A DNA stretch of 64,000 bases, from positions 291,221 to 355,220 of the forward strand of contig JBAZTH010000001.1 in assembly GCA_041661965.1 (NCBI GenBank). Direction: 5' to 3'. Positions 1 to 9,374 of this stretch are shown here, one piece after another. The translations under genes were made by a program, and so were the position numbers. Positions within the stretch are counted from its first letter, which is position 1; each line of letters opens with the position of its first letter. Below the pieces are notes generated by a model that made no database searches, had not been told where the DNA came from, and worked only from the letters and a program-made list of their open reading frames with translations. This stretch comes from Candidatus Margulisiibacteriota bacterium (GTDB lineage: Bacteria > Margulisbacteria > WOR-1 > O2-12-FULL-45-9 > XYB2-FULL-48-7).

Positions 1-1
1 T

Positions 2-1075
2 ATTTTTTCAGCAGTATTTAGTTTCTTGTCCGTATTTGTAATTTGGTTATTGGGCTTTGTTTGTGATTTGGGCTTTGGAGCTTGGGATTTAGTCCCAAGA
101 TGGATCGCTTCGTTTAGCATTAGTTACTTGTCTCATCTGATCCTTGATATGTTCAATCTCCGTGGTTCCCAGATGTTTTGGCCCGATCCCGGGCGGGATG
201 TTATTCCCAAAAACCCGAAATTCCGGCTGGAGTCGGGGGCTAAAGCGGAAGTTCTGGTCTTTTTTATCCTGGTTATTCTAATGGTCCTGGCATTTCCTTT
301 GTCTAAATTCGGTTTGGCCAGCTCTCTGCGTTGGCTCCTGGCGACCCCCGGGTCAGCGATCCAGGAGTTTAAAACCCTCAAGACGCATGCTTACCTCGAT
401 TTCAAAGGAGTCTTGAATGAAACCAAAGAGCCGATCGCCGGGCGTGGGGAAGTTCTAGATGTTAACAACCAGCGGCTGGTTGTTCTCTTTGAAGGAAATA
501 TTTATACCTTAAGCGATGAACTTGCCGCCGATATCTTCGCTTCTCATGTCCGGGTCAAAAAGAGTGACCGGCCGATCAAGATTGAACGGCGGGAGTTTAG
601 AGATAAAAGCCGGGAAGCGCTTCTGGCCGGAATTCCTTCCGGCGGGCTGGTTTCCGGTGTTGTTCATTTGCCGGAAGAGATGTCTTTGAAGATCCCGGTT
701 AGCGAAGGGACCTATAAAGCCATGGAGCAAAAAGGGAACGATCTGGTCCTGACCTATGCTTCCCGGCGGCAGATCGAGAAGCTGGCACTGACACAGGAGT
801 ATGAAATGAAGAACAGGCGGAATCTGGCGGAGCTTTCCCGGTTAAACGCCCAGGCCAGAAAGGTTCGGGGAGAGATAGCGGCACTCGATGATAACGGGCT
901 GACCGCTCTTGGAAAGGAGGTTTTAGTCGATAGGGAAGAAGAGGAAAAGCAGGGAACGCGGCTAGCTGAATTAACCAGCCAGCTTGAGGAGCTAAATGTT
1001 CGGATCGATGAATTGAAGCTTAAACTTGCCGCCGGCCGACCGCTCTTTTCCGGCGAAGTTTATATTAGGCAATAG
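2..1075 (+). CDS. Membrane protein with hydrophobic N-terminus (DUF457/YdjM-like 'HLILD…FWP' motif) and a long coiled-coil C-terminus. 5'-partial: the reading frame is open to the window edge.
   Basis: Reading frame open from nt 2; TM-like N-terminus; heptad-rich, charged C-terminal half ([31 protein letters not shown]). Confidence 0.45.
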   Translation: MFSAVFSFLSVFVIWLLGFVCDLGFGAWDLVPRWIASFSISYLSHLILDMFNLRGSQMFWPDPGRDVIPKNPKFRLESGAKAEVLVFFILVILMVLAFPLSKFGLASSLRWLLATPGSAIQEFKTLKTHAYLDFKGVLNETKEPIAGRGEVLDVNNQRLVVLFEGNIYTLSDELAADIFASHVRVKKSDRPIKIERREFRDKSREALLAGIPSGGLVSGVVHLPEEMSLKIPVSEGTYKAMEQKGNDLVLTYASRRQIEKLALTQEYEMKNRRNLAELSRLNAQARKVRGEIAALDDNGLTALGKEVLVDREEEEKQGTRLAELTSQLEELNVRIDELKLKLAAGRPLFSGEVYIRQ

Positions 1076-1077
1076 GC

Positions 1078-1305
1078 ATGATTGACAGTTTATTAATAAA
1101 AAAGGAGCTTCTTGTTTATTTATCCCCAAGGGAAAGGCAAATTATTGAAATGCGCTATGGATTATTAGATGGACGCGAAATGACATTGCAGGCGATCGGC
1201 GATGTTTTCGGCGTCTGCCGGGAAAGGATCAGGCAAATTGAAAGAAAAGCACTTAGAAAGTTAAAGCATCCAAGTCGATTGAAAAAGATTAATCGCTCTG
1301 TTTGA
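1078..1305 (+). CDS. Stand-alone sigma-70 region-4 (HTH) domain protein, 75 aa
   Basis: [54 protein letters not shown] closely matches the RpoD C-terminal region 4.2. ATG lies 3 nt after the upstream stop. Confidence 0.6.
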   Translation: MIDSLLIKKELLVYLSPRERQIIEMRYGLLDGREMTLQAIGDVFGVCRERIRQIERKALRKLKHPSRLKKINRSV

Positions 1306-1418
1306 TTCTTGTTTTTTTGTTGTTTTGGTTGTTGAGTTTTGTTTGGTCCTTGTTTCTTGGTAATTGGTTATTGAGATTTATTTGGTAATTGTATCTTGGT
1401 GTTTGGTTATTAATTAAC
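1306..1418 (+). promoter_or_regulatory. Copy A of a repeated T/G-rich leader element (core TTGTTTGGTccTTGTTTCTTGGTAATTGGTTATT at 1339–1372), followed by an AGGAGG RBS.
   Basis: Same 34-nt core recurs at 1819–1852, 10440–10473, 10754–10787 and 33477–33510, each upstream of a gene start. Confidence 0.6.
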
Positions 1419-1430
1419 AGGAGGTGGAAC

Positions 1431-1772
1431 ATGGTTTTCGATCTTGAAGAAAGAACAACAACCTTTGCCAGAGCCGTAATAAGACTATGCAAAAGTCTAC
1501 CCAGAAATCCCATGAACGATCGCTTAACCGGGCAGGCCGTAGGCTCGGCTGGATCGGTTGGGGCAAATTATCGGGAAGCTAACGATGCTCTCGGCAAAAA
1601 AGATTTTCTTCAGCGAATGAAAATCTCACGGCGTGAAGCCAAAGAAATTCATCATTGGCTATGTTTAATTGAAGAAGCGAATGAGTATAAACGGCAGGAA
1701 ATAGCACCGTTGTTAAAGGAATCGAAAGAGTTGATCAAAATTCTTTCGGCAATTATCAATCGTTCAGAATAG
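1431..1772 (+). CDS. Four-helix-bundle protein (the TIGR02436 family often found in 23S rRNA intervening sequences)
   Basis: MVFDLEERTTTFARAVIRL…GANYREANDA…DFLQRMKISRREAKEIHHWLCL is the typical signature of that family. RBS AGGAGGTGG 6 nt upstream of the ATG at 1431. Confidence 0.7.
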   Translation: MVFDLEERTTTFARAVIRLCKSLPRNPMNDRLTGQAVGSAGSVGANYREANDALGKKDFLQRMKISRREAKEIHHWLCLIEEANEYKRQEIAPLLKESKELIKILSAIINRSE

Positions 1773-1775
1773 TTC

Positions 1776-1856
1776 CGGTGTTTGGTTTTTTTGGTTATTT
1801 TGTTTTGGTTATTGAGTTTTGTTTGGTTATTGTCTCTTGGTAATTGGTTATTGAAC
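1776..1856 (+). promoter_or_regulatory. Copy B of the repeated leader element (core 1819–1852)
   Basis: About 55 nt nearly identical to copy A (tgttttggttaTTGAGTTTTGTTTGGTTATTGTCTCTTGGTAATTGGTTATTGAAC), then an AGGAGG RBS and the ATG at 1875. Confidence 0.6.
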
Positions 1857-1874
1857 AATAGGAGGTTGTCAGTC

Positions 1875-2402
1875 ATGAAAAAGATCGTATCAGTGTCGTT
1901 AATAGTTATTAATTTGATTGTCCTTGGAAATTTGTCATTTGCCTCCGAATACCGTCTTGGCCCCTACGATACTCTTGAGCTTGAGGTAATCAATCACCCA
2001 GAACTAAAGACCAAGCAGACTGTTGCTCCCGATGGGCAGGTCTCTTTGCCGTTGTTAGGAGTTGTTTCGGTCGAGGGTCAGTCGCTAAAAGGCTTCCAAC
2101 GGTTTCTGACCAACAATTATTCCGCTTATCTTGATAAGCCGCAAGTTGTGATTGGCCTGACTCCAAAGCCGATTTATGTTGTACAATATGACTTGAAGAA
2201 GGATACTTGGGAAGTAAAGAAGGCCGGTTCGATTGATGAAGCGAAAGCCTATGCCAATCTCGATCCGACCTTGACGATTGAGCACGGCAATGTTTATAAG
2301 ATTACGATGGGGAGTAAGCCGGACTTCTGGGAAGAGAATTGGTACAAGGTTCTTACTGGCGCGGCGGTTGCAGTTGGGATATATGCGACGTTGAATAAAT
2401 AG
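1875..2402 (+). CDS. Small periplasmic polysaccharide-export protein (Wza-type Poly_export N-terminal domain)
   Basis: Signal peptide MKKIVSVSLIVINLIVLGNLSFA. YRLGPYDTLELEVINHPEL…VAPDGQVSLPLLGVVSVEGQSL…PQVVIGL matches the Poly_export motif (YRLGPGDVL…PDG…LP.G…G.T…P.V.V). Confidence 0.65.
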   Translation: MKKIVSVSLIVINLIVLGNLSFASEYRLGPYDTLELEVINHPELKTKQTVAPDGQVSLPLLGVVSVEGQSLKGFQRFLTNNYSAYLDKPQVVIGLTPKPIYVVQYDLKKDTWEVKKAGSIDEAKAYANLDPTLTIEHGNVYKITMGSKPDFWEENWYKVLTGAAVAVGIYATLNK

Positions 2403-2440
2403 GACCAAAACGATGAGGGCCTTAATTTAAGTGACCTAGT

Positions 2441-5125
2441 ATGAATATTGCCCAAATAGAAAAAAATATGCAAAAGCTTGTAAATTCCATACATAAGGAT
2501 AACTTTATCTATGAATTTCTCGAGGCATATGGGATACCAAAGGCATCTATCGCGAGACTTAAAAAAGGAGGATTAAACCTTTCGAAGGTTGAAGGCGAAA
2601 TATTATGGAAGAAGAAAGTATTCTTTAAACAATTGATAGGTGACCATCTCCACGAGACTATTGAAAGTATTAGAGAGAAAGAAAAAGCAACAAAACACAA
2701 TCCCCGCTTCATAATAGTAACCGACTTTATAACCTTACTTGCAATTGATACGAAAACCAACGATACACTTGATATCCCTATCCTTGAAATAGCAAGACAT
2801 TTTGACTTCTTTTTGCCCTGGGCTGGGATGGAAAAGGCTCGCCATCAAAACGAAAACCCCGCAGACGTAAAAGCAGCCGAAAGAATGGCAAAGCTATATG
2901 ATGAAATAAAACGAGAGAACCCAACTAAAACTCTGGGGGAGGCGCATAGCCTAAATGTCTTTCTTTCTCGACTCTTATTTTGCTTCTTTGCAGATGATAC
3001 TGATCTTTTCAAGAAAAATCAGTTTATTAACGCGATAAGTAGCCACACGCAGGTTGATGGTAGCGACCTACAAGCATATCTTGATAAATTGTTTGAGGTT
3101 CTTAATACAGAACCAGGAAAGCGGAAAAAGCTCCCTGCCTACCTTGAAGGGTTTCCTTTTGTTAATGGTGGTTTGTTTCGTAATAAATATGGTTTGCCTG
3201 TTTTTACAAGGCGAAGTCGACAAGAGATCATTAATTGTGGGCTGCTGGACTGGTCGGTTATTAATCCAGATATATTTGGTTCAATGATGCAGGCGGTTGT
3301 AACCCCAGAGCACCGTGGTGGGGTAGGAATGCACTACACCAGCGTTCCTAACATAATGAAGGTGCTTCGGCCTTTGTTCTTGGATGAGTTGAACGAAGTG
3401 CTTGACGTCAGCATGGGAAATCGCAAAAAACTTGAAGCATTATTGATTCGCGTCCAAAACATTAAGGTGTTTGACCCGGCCTGCGGCAGCGGGAATTTCT
3501 TGATTATCGCCTATAAGGAATTGCGAAGACTGGAAATGAAAATCTTTAGGGCTTTAAGTAGCCTGGCTTTTTCAGATATTCGATTGAGCAACTTTTATGG
3601 GATTGAACTGGATGATTTTGCCCACGAAGTGGCAATATTATCGCTATGGCTGGCAGAGCATCAGATGAATCAGGAATTCTTTAAATCTTTTGGAAGGGGA
3701 AAGCCTGCTTTGCCACTAAAGGAAATGGGGAATATTGTTCATGGCAATGCTGCCAAAATTGATTGGGAAGAAGTTTGCCCAAAAAGTACGGGGAAGGAAA
3801 TATACGTTTTAGGAAATCCGCCATATCAAGGCTCAAGGAAGCAAAATAAATCACAAAAAGACGACCTAGCATTGGTGTTTTCTGGTTTCTCAAAATATAA
3901 AGATCTTGATTATATTGCCATATGGTTTTATAAGGGAGCAAAGTATATACGAGAATCTGACGCTAAACTTGCGTTTGTTTCAACAAATTCTATTTGCCAG
4001 GGTGAACAGGTGTCTTTGATATGGCCCACGATATTCGGACTTGGTCTCCAGATATGTTTTGCTTATACATCTTTTAAATGGAAAAACAATGCAAGAGACA
4101 ATGCCGGGGTGACTGTGATTATTGTTGGCTTATCAACGGCAATAGCCCAAGATAAGTTCATATTTAGCGATTCTATCAAACATAAAGTGCATAACATTAA
4201 TGCATATTTAATTTCCGGAGAGAGCAACACATTTGTTTATTCCAGAACCACCCCCTTATCAGATATGCCAACAATGAATTTTGGAAACATGCCTGCTGAC
4301 GGCGGAAAGCTGTTGTTCACTACGGAGGAAATGAATGACTTTGTTTTAAAGGAACCTATTTCTAAAAAGTGGTTTAAGAAGCTAATTAACGCTCAGGAAT
4401 ATCTTAATGGTAGGGAGCGGTGGTGTCTTTGGTTGGAAGGAATAGCTAACAAGGAATTGCGTATGATGCCCAAAGTCTCGTCTGTTGTTAATTGTGTAAA
4501 GGAAATTAGAAAGAAATCATCCCGGCCACAACTGGCCAAAACCCCTCATTTGTTTGCTCAAATAACTCAGCCCCAAAATAAGAGTTGCATTATTGTTCCG
4601 AGGGTATCTTCGGAAAGCCGAAAGTATATTCCCATTGATTATCTTGATGGTGAAAACAAGGTTACAGATTCATTCTTTACTATTGTTACTGACCGGTTAG
4701 AAGTATTCTCTATTGTTACTTCTTACATGCATATGGTTTGGCTGGCCTACATTGGGGGTAAATTGGAAACAAGATATCAATACTCAAAGAATGTCGTTTA
4801 CAATACTTTTCCGATCCCCTTGATTTCCGTTAACCAAAAGAAGGAATTAGAGAAAAATGTTTACCGAATTCTAAAAGAAAGAGAAATGCATAGTGAAAAA
4901 ACACTCTCACAATTATATGATCCTGATAAGATGCCAGAAGGGTTGCGCGAAGCCCATCACCAGAACGATCTTGCAGTAGAAAGCTGCTATCGTAGCCAGC
5001 CCTTTGAAAGTGATGAAGAACGATTAGAATGTCTTTTCAAACTCTATGAGCAAATGATTGCAGATGAAAAGACCAAGGGGACTTTGTTTGAAGCAGAATC
5101 AAAAACCAAAAGAAAAAGGAAGTAA
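2441..5125 (+). CDS. MmeI-like gamma-class N6-adenine DNA methyltransferase with embedded target-recognition region, 894 aa (Type IIL/IIG-like)
   Basis: Motif I VFDPACGSGNFLI (about nt 3470–3510) and motif IV GNPPYQG (about nt 3815–3835). Size and N-terminus resemble the MmeI/PglX family. About 36 % GC. Confidence 0.75.
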   Translation: MNIAQIEKNMQKLVNSIHKDNFIYEFLEAYGIPKASIARLKKGGLNLSKVEGEILWKKKVFFKQLIGDHLHETIESIREKEKATKHNPRFIIVTDFITLLAIDTKTNDTLDIPILEIARHFDFFLPWAGMEKARHQNENPADVKAAERMAKLYDEIKRENPTKTLGEAHSLNVFLSRLLFCFFADDTDLFKKNQFINAISSHTQVDGSDLQAYLDKLFEVLNTEPGKRKKLPAYLEGFPFVNGGLFRNKYGLPVFTRRSRQEIINCGLLDWSVINPDIFGSMMQAVVTPEHRGGVGMHYTSVPNIMKVLRPLFLDELNEVLDVSMGNRKKLEALLIRVQNIKVFDPACGSGNFLIIAYKELRRLEMKIFRALSSLAFSDIRLSNFYGIELDDFAHEVAILSLWLAEHQMNQEFFKSFGRGKPALPLKEMGNIVHGNAAKIDWEEVCPKSTGKEIYVLGNPPYQGSRKQNKSQKDDLALVFSGFSKYKDLDYIAIWFYKGAKYIRESDAKLAFVSTNSICQGEQVSLIWPTIFGLGLQICFAYTSFKWKNNARDNAGVTVIIVGLSTAIAQDKFIFSDSIKHKVHNINAYLISGESNTFVYSRTTPLSDMPTMNFGNMPADGGKLLFTTEEMNDFVLKEPISKKWFKKLINAQEYLNGRERWCLWLEGIANKELRMMPKVSSVVNCVKEIRKKSSRPQLAKTPHLFAQITQPQNKSCIIVPRVSSESRKYIPIDYLDGENKVTDSFFTIVTDRLEVFSIVTSYMHMVWLAYIGGKLETRYQYSKNVVYNTFPIPLISVNQKKELEKNVYRILKEREMHSEKTLSQLYDPDKMPEGLREAHHQNDLAVESCYRSQPFESDEERLECLFKLYEQMIADEKTKGTLFEAESKTKRKRK

Positions 5126-5127
5126 TT

Positions 5128-7059
5128 ATGCCAGATATAGTTCATGTGACTTATTCACAAACAGGGCAAAGTTCTAAAACTAACGCTTTAGGCATGCGTG
5201 AAATGCAAGAGAAAGCATTCCAGTCAAGGGATGCTCAGTACTTGTTACTAAAAGCGCCTCCTGCCTCGGGTAAGTCGAGGGCATTAATGTTTATTGCCCT
5301 TGATAAGATTATGCATCAGGGGCTTAAAAAAGTGATTGTCGCGGTTCCAGAAAGGTCGATCGCGGGATCATTCAGTAAGACGAATTTAAAGGATTATGGA
5401 TACTTTGCCGATTGGGACCCAAATCCTAACTACAATCTTTGCACCCCCGGGCTCGATGGGAGCAAAACAAAAGTGCAAGCTTTTAAGAACTTTCTGGATA
5501 ATGATGAGAAGATTATGATCTGTACTCACGCAACGCTGCGTTTTGCCTATGAAGAAGTGGATGAATCAAGGTTCAACAATATTCTATTGGTTATAGATGA
5601 GTTCCATCATGTGTCGGCAGATTACGATAGCCGCTTGGGTGAGGTGTTGCGCTCAATTATGCAACATACAAGTGCTCATGTTTTTGCTATGACCGGCTCA
5701 TATTTTCGCGGAGACACTGTGCCTGTCCTCTTGCCAGAAGATGAGGCCAAATTTACTAAGGTAACTTATAACTATTATGAACAGCTAAATGGCTACATAT
5801 ATTTAAAATCGCTTGGTATTGGTTACCATTTTTATCAAGGCCAATATACTTCAGCCATAATGGATATATTAGACACAAACAAGAAAACTATTTTACACAT
5901 ACCAAACGTAAACTCTGGGGAATCGACTAAGGATAAGCATAATGAAGTCGATACTATATTAGATGCTATTGGGGAAGTTCAAAGAGTAGACCCCGACACA
6001 CAAGTTATATATGTGAAACGGCATGGAGACGGTAGAATACTTAAGGTTGCTGATCTGGTAAATGATAATCCAAGCGATCGAGACAAGATTATTACCTACC
6101 TCCGCAACATGAAAACACTTGAAGATATGGATCTAATAATTGCATTAGGCATGGCAAAAGAGGGTTTTGACTGGCCATTTTGCGAGCATGCATTAACTGT
6201 TGGCTATAGAGGTTCTTTGACAGAAATTATTCAGATAATTGGGCGTTGTACAAGAGATAGCAGCAATAAAAGCCATGCCCAGTTCACGAATTTAATCGCT
6301 CAGCCTGATGCCGCAGACGCTTTAGTAAAGCTATCTGTGAATAATATGCTGAAAGCTATAACGGCCTCTCTATTAATGGAGCAGGTATTGGCGCCAAACT
6401 TTAAGTTTAAAACCAAACTATCAGATGAGGACAAGTCCGCTCCTAGTGAAATCAAAATTAGAGGACTCAAGCTGCCAAGCTCAAAGAGAGTAAACGACAT
6501 AATTGAATCTGATTTGAATGATTTAAAAGCAACCATCTTGCAGGACGACACAATGTTGAAGGCAATGCCTGGTAATGTTGATCCTGAAGTAATCAATAAG
6601 GTGTTAATCCCCAAGATTATTAAGCTTAGGTATCCTGACTTGTCAGAAGAGGAGGCAGAAGAGGTTCGTCAGTATGTGGTTGTTGATTCCGCGATCAAAA
6701 CCAGCGAAATAAAGGATTCGGGGGGGAAAAGATTTGTCAGAATGGCTGGTCAATTTGTAAACATTGATGACCTTCATATAGATCTAATCGATAAGATCAA
6801 TCCTTTTCAAAAAGCGTTTGAAATACTATCAAAATCAGTAACGACAAGGGTTTTAAAGGTTATTCAAGATGCTATTGAGGCCACAAGAATTCAAATGACT
6901 ATGGAAGAAGCAGTAATACTCTGGCCGAAAATCAATGAATTTGTTAAAACATTCAATAGGCAGCCAGGTATCCAATCCTCGGACCCGTTAGAAAGAAGAA
7001 TGGCGGAAGGAATTATCTATTTAAAGGATCAAAAGCGAAGAAAGCAAAATGGACAATAA
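5128..7059 (+). CDS. SF2 (DEAD/DEAH-type) helicase/ATPase, 643 aa
   Basis: Walker A LLLKAPPASGKSRAL, motif II VIDEFHHV, motif III MTGSYFRGD, motif VI QIIGRCTRD. Starts 3 nt after the methyltransferase gene. Confidence 0.75.
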   Translation: MPDIVHVTYSQTGQSSKTNALGMREMQEKAFQSRDAQYLLLKAPPASGKSRALMFIALDKIMHQGLKKVIVAVPERSIAGSFSKTNLKDYGYFADWDPNPNYNLCTPGLDGSKTKVQAFKNFLDNDEKIMICTHATLRFAYEEVDESRFNNILLVIDEFHHVSADYDSRLGEVLRSIMQHTSAHVFAMTGSYFRGDTVPVLLPEDEAKFTKVTYNYYEQLNGYIYLKSLGIGYHFYQGQYTSAIMDILDTNKKTILHIPNVNSGESTKDKHNEVDTILDAIGEVQRVDPDTQVIYVKRHGDGRILKVADLVNDNPSDRDKIITYLRNMKTLEDMDLIIALGMAKEGFDWPFCEHALTVGYRGSLTEIIQIIGRCTRDSSNKSHAQFTNLIAQPDAADALVKLSVNNMLKAITASLLMEQVLAPNFKFKTKLSDEDKSAPSEIKIRGLKLPSSKRVNDIIESDLNDLKATILQDDTMLKAMPGNVDPEVINKVLIPKIIKLRYPDLSEEEAEEVRQYVVVDSAIKTSEIKDSGGKRFVRMAGQFVNIDDLHIDLIDKINPFQKAFEILSKSVTTRVLKVIQDAIEATRIQMTMEEAVILWPKINEFVKTFNRQPGIQSSDPLERRMAEGIIYLKDQKRRKQNGQ

Positions 7060-8242
7060 TAGGATACTGGAAGAAATATTCAACAATGACCCGTTGGGTT
7101 TATTAAATATTAAGCCAACGTCTTCGCCACAGCAGAGTAAGGATGAAAGACTCATTGCGACATTTTATAAAATTAATGAATTCTATGAAAAGAACAACCG
7201 TGAGCCCCAACAAGATGGGAGTATCCAAGAATATCAATTATATGCAAGATTAAAGGCCATTAGGGACGACCGGTCAAAAAGTAAAATGCTTGTTCCTTAC
7301 GATAACCATCTTCTGCTGAATGTCGAGCATAAACAAATTAATACATTGGAGGATGTTGTAAAAGATGATGTGTTAGGGCTGCTTGAAGATGATTCCGAAG
7401 GCTTATTTAATATTAAGCACATTGGGGTCCAGGATGAAAGAGCGAGCGCTGATTTTGTTGCCCAGCGGAAACCATGTAAAGACTTCGATAAATACGAGCC
7501 AATATTTAGGGCGGTCCAGGAGGATTTGGCGCAGGGTAAGAGAAAAATAATCATGTTTAAGGAAGATGTCCTTCGGGAGGGCGGCTTTTATGTCCACAAT
7601 GGCGTTTTGCTCCAATTGGAAAAAGTTGAATTTAAGCAAGGGGTGGCCCCGTTCAAAAGTGGGGATAGATTACGGAAGGATGGCAGGACAAGAGTAATAT
7701 TTGAAAATGGAACAGAGTCCAATATGCTCTATCGCTCCCTATATAAAGCTTTGCTTGCAAATGGAAGGGCAGTATCAGAAAACGTAGATCGTGTAAATGA
7801 GAGCTTTGTTGAGAGATTTAGTAATATTACTAATGAGGACGAAGCGGCCGGTTATATCTATATACTCAAGTCGAAAAGCGAAAAAAAGGAGATCAGGGAA
7901 ATAAAACATCTCTATAAGATAGGATATTCAAAGACAACAGTTGAGGATAGGATTATCAATGCTAATCAGGACCCAACATATTTAATGGCTGATGTGCAAG
8001 TTCTTATGGTCTTTAAGTGTTTCAACCTTAACCCCCAGAAGCTTGAAATGTTGCTACATAACTTTTTTGGTAAATCCTGTTTGAATATTGATGTGTTTGA
8101 TGCGGTTGGTATTCGGCATACTCCAAGAGAATGGTTTATTGCCCCTTTGTCAGCAATTGAACAAGCAATAAAACTTATAATAAGTGGTGAAATAGTTAAT
8201 TATAGATATGATGGGGACAACGAGATTATCATTAATCGGTAA
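7049..8242 (+). CDS. Protein with C-terminal T5orf172 (GIY-YIG-related) domain, 397 aa. Putative nuclease/effector subunit.
   Basis: C-terminal GYIYILKSKS…LYKIGYSKTTVEDRI…PREWFIAPLSAIEQAIKLI matches the T5orf172/MUG113 pattern (GyvYvl…KIGyT…R…EWF). Overlaps the helicase gene by 11 nt. Confidence 0.6.
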   Translation: MDNNRILEEIFNNDPLGLLNIKPTSSPQQSKDERLIATFYKINEFYEKNNREPQQDGSIQEYQLYARLKAIRDDRSKSKMLVPYDNHLLLNVEHKQINTLEDVVKDDVLGLLEDDSEGLFNIKHIGVQDERASADFVAQRKPCKDFDKYEPIFRAVQEDLAQGKRKIIMFKEDVLREGGFYVHNGVLLQLEKVEFKQGVAPFKSGDRLRKDGRTRVIFENGTESNMLYRSLYKALLANGRAVSENVDRVNESFVERFSNITNEDEAAGYIYILKSKSEKKEIREIKHLYKIGYSKTTVEDRIINANQDPTYLMADVQVLMVFKCFNLNPQKLEMLLHNFFGKSCLNIDVFDAVGIRHTPREWFIAPLSAIEQAIKLIISGEIVNYRYDGDNEIIINR

Positions 8243-8429
8243 TAAAAACGACCAAATTAGGTTTAATGTTGGATGTAGAAGAAGGTGCAGGGTTGAAAAT
8301 ACTTTTATTGTGCTGGCTTTGATGGAGAGTTCCCTGTTTTTATGGTGAAGACTACTCCGTCACTATCCTCATCACGTTCTTTACTAAGAATGTGAGCTGT
8401 TTTTGATCGCAAAATGACTAATTATTAAA

Positions 8430-9374
8430 TCAGCTGGAAAAGGGCAATGCAACCATATGTTTGCTTAAAGGAGTGCCTTCGTCGTGCAATGAAAATTGTT
8501 CATATTCCCATTTCCCATTTTTACATATACTACTTTTTGTTAAGCTGAATGATTTATGATGCCCGCTATTTCTAAAGAACCCTTTTCGCTTATTTTGCTT
8601 AAGTAATATCTGTCTAATAGGGGTTGCAATATTGTATTTAAATGAGCCTTTATCGCATTGGAAAACACAGGCCTTAAAAGCTCCTAGTAATAAATCGGTT
8701 ATTTGTAATAGATGTGCGCGATTTTGGTCGGAGCAATCCGGGCTTTTGTGATTGCTCAAAATTGGAATAATATCCATGCTATGATCGAAATCAATAAAAG
8801 CTTCTTTATCGGGATGTAAGCGACCAATAATTCGTTTCTTATCGAGAGGCCGGCTCCAGCCTATTCCATCCGTGTAAAAACCAGTCAGCTTAACTTTGTG
8901 ATCATCGCCGAACAAAAAATGAAGGCCGCTTTTTAGTCCAATTCGTAAAAGCGTTTCAACTTTCCTTGTATATATTTCTGTCTTATCAGCTGAGCCGTAA
9001 TAAAGCGAACTCATTGTTGATGTGTTCCTTTTAAAAAATAGAACAAATTTACAACATGGGGGAATAATACCCCAGAGATGCTTATTGTGTCTTTTACTGC
9101 GTAAAGCATCTTCCATTAGTATTAAAATATCTTTTGCCGTTTTATGCTTAATATTTTCTGTTGTTCCAGTTAAATCATTGTAATGCAGTTTGCTGTCATT
9201 GTTATACTTAGCTCTGATCTTGCCTATCTGTGAGAGGATTATAGGTTTTATTCTGGTTGGAATAAATAAAAAAGCATGTATTACGTGGTTATCTTTGCTT
9301 TCATCGTGATAAACCTCATATTCGTCCCACTCGGGGAAAATATTGTACGGTTTTATATTGAATAATGTGTCCAT
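8430..9374 (-). CDS. DUF3800-family protein
   Basis: N-terminal EVYHDESKDNHVIHAFLFIP resembles the DUF3800 'YIDESG…' start. ATG at 9374 preferred over the TTG at 9398. AT-rich, like the neighbouring restriction-like genes. Confidence 0.5.
   Translation of the reverse strand: MDTLFNIKPYNIFPEWDEYEVYHDESKDNHVIHAFLFIPTRIKPIILSQIGKIRAKYNNDSKLHYNDLTGTTENIKHKTAKDILILMEDALRSKRHNKHLWGIIPPCCKFVLFFKRNTSTMSSLYYGSADKTEIYTRKVETLLRIGLKSGLHFLFGDDHKVKLTGFYTDGIGWSRPLDKKRIIGRLHPDKEAFIDFDHSMDIIPILSNHKSPDCSDQNRAHLLQITDLLLGAFKACVFQCDKGSFKYNIATPIRQILLKQNKRKGFFRNSGHHKSFSLTKSSICKNGKWEYEQFSLHDEGTPLSKHMVALPFSS

Noticed and set aside
26-1305. Idea that 26–1075 plus 1078–1305 is a split sigma factor
   Set aside because: The upstream ORF is a membrane/coiled-coil protein with no sigma regions 1–3. 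Only the 75-aa downstream ORF is sigma-like.
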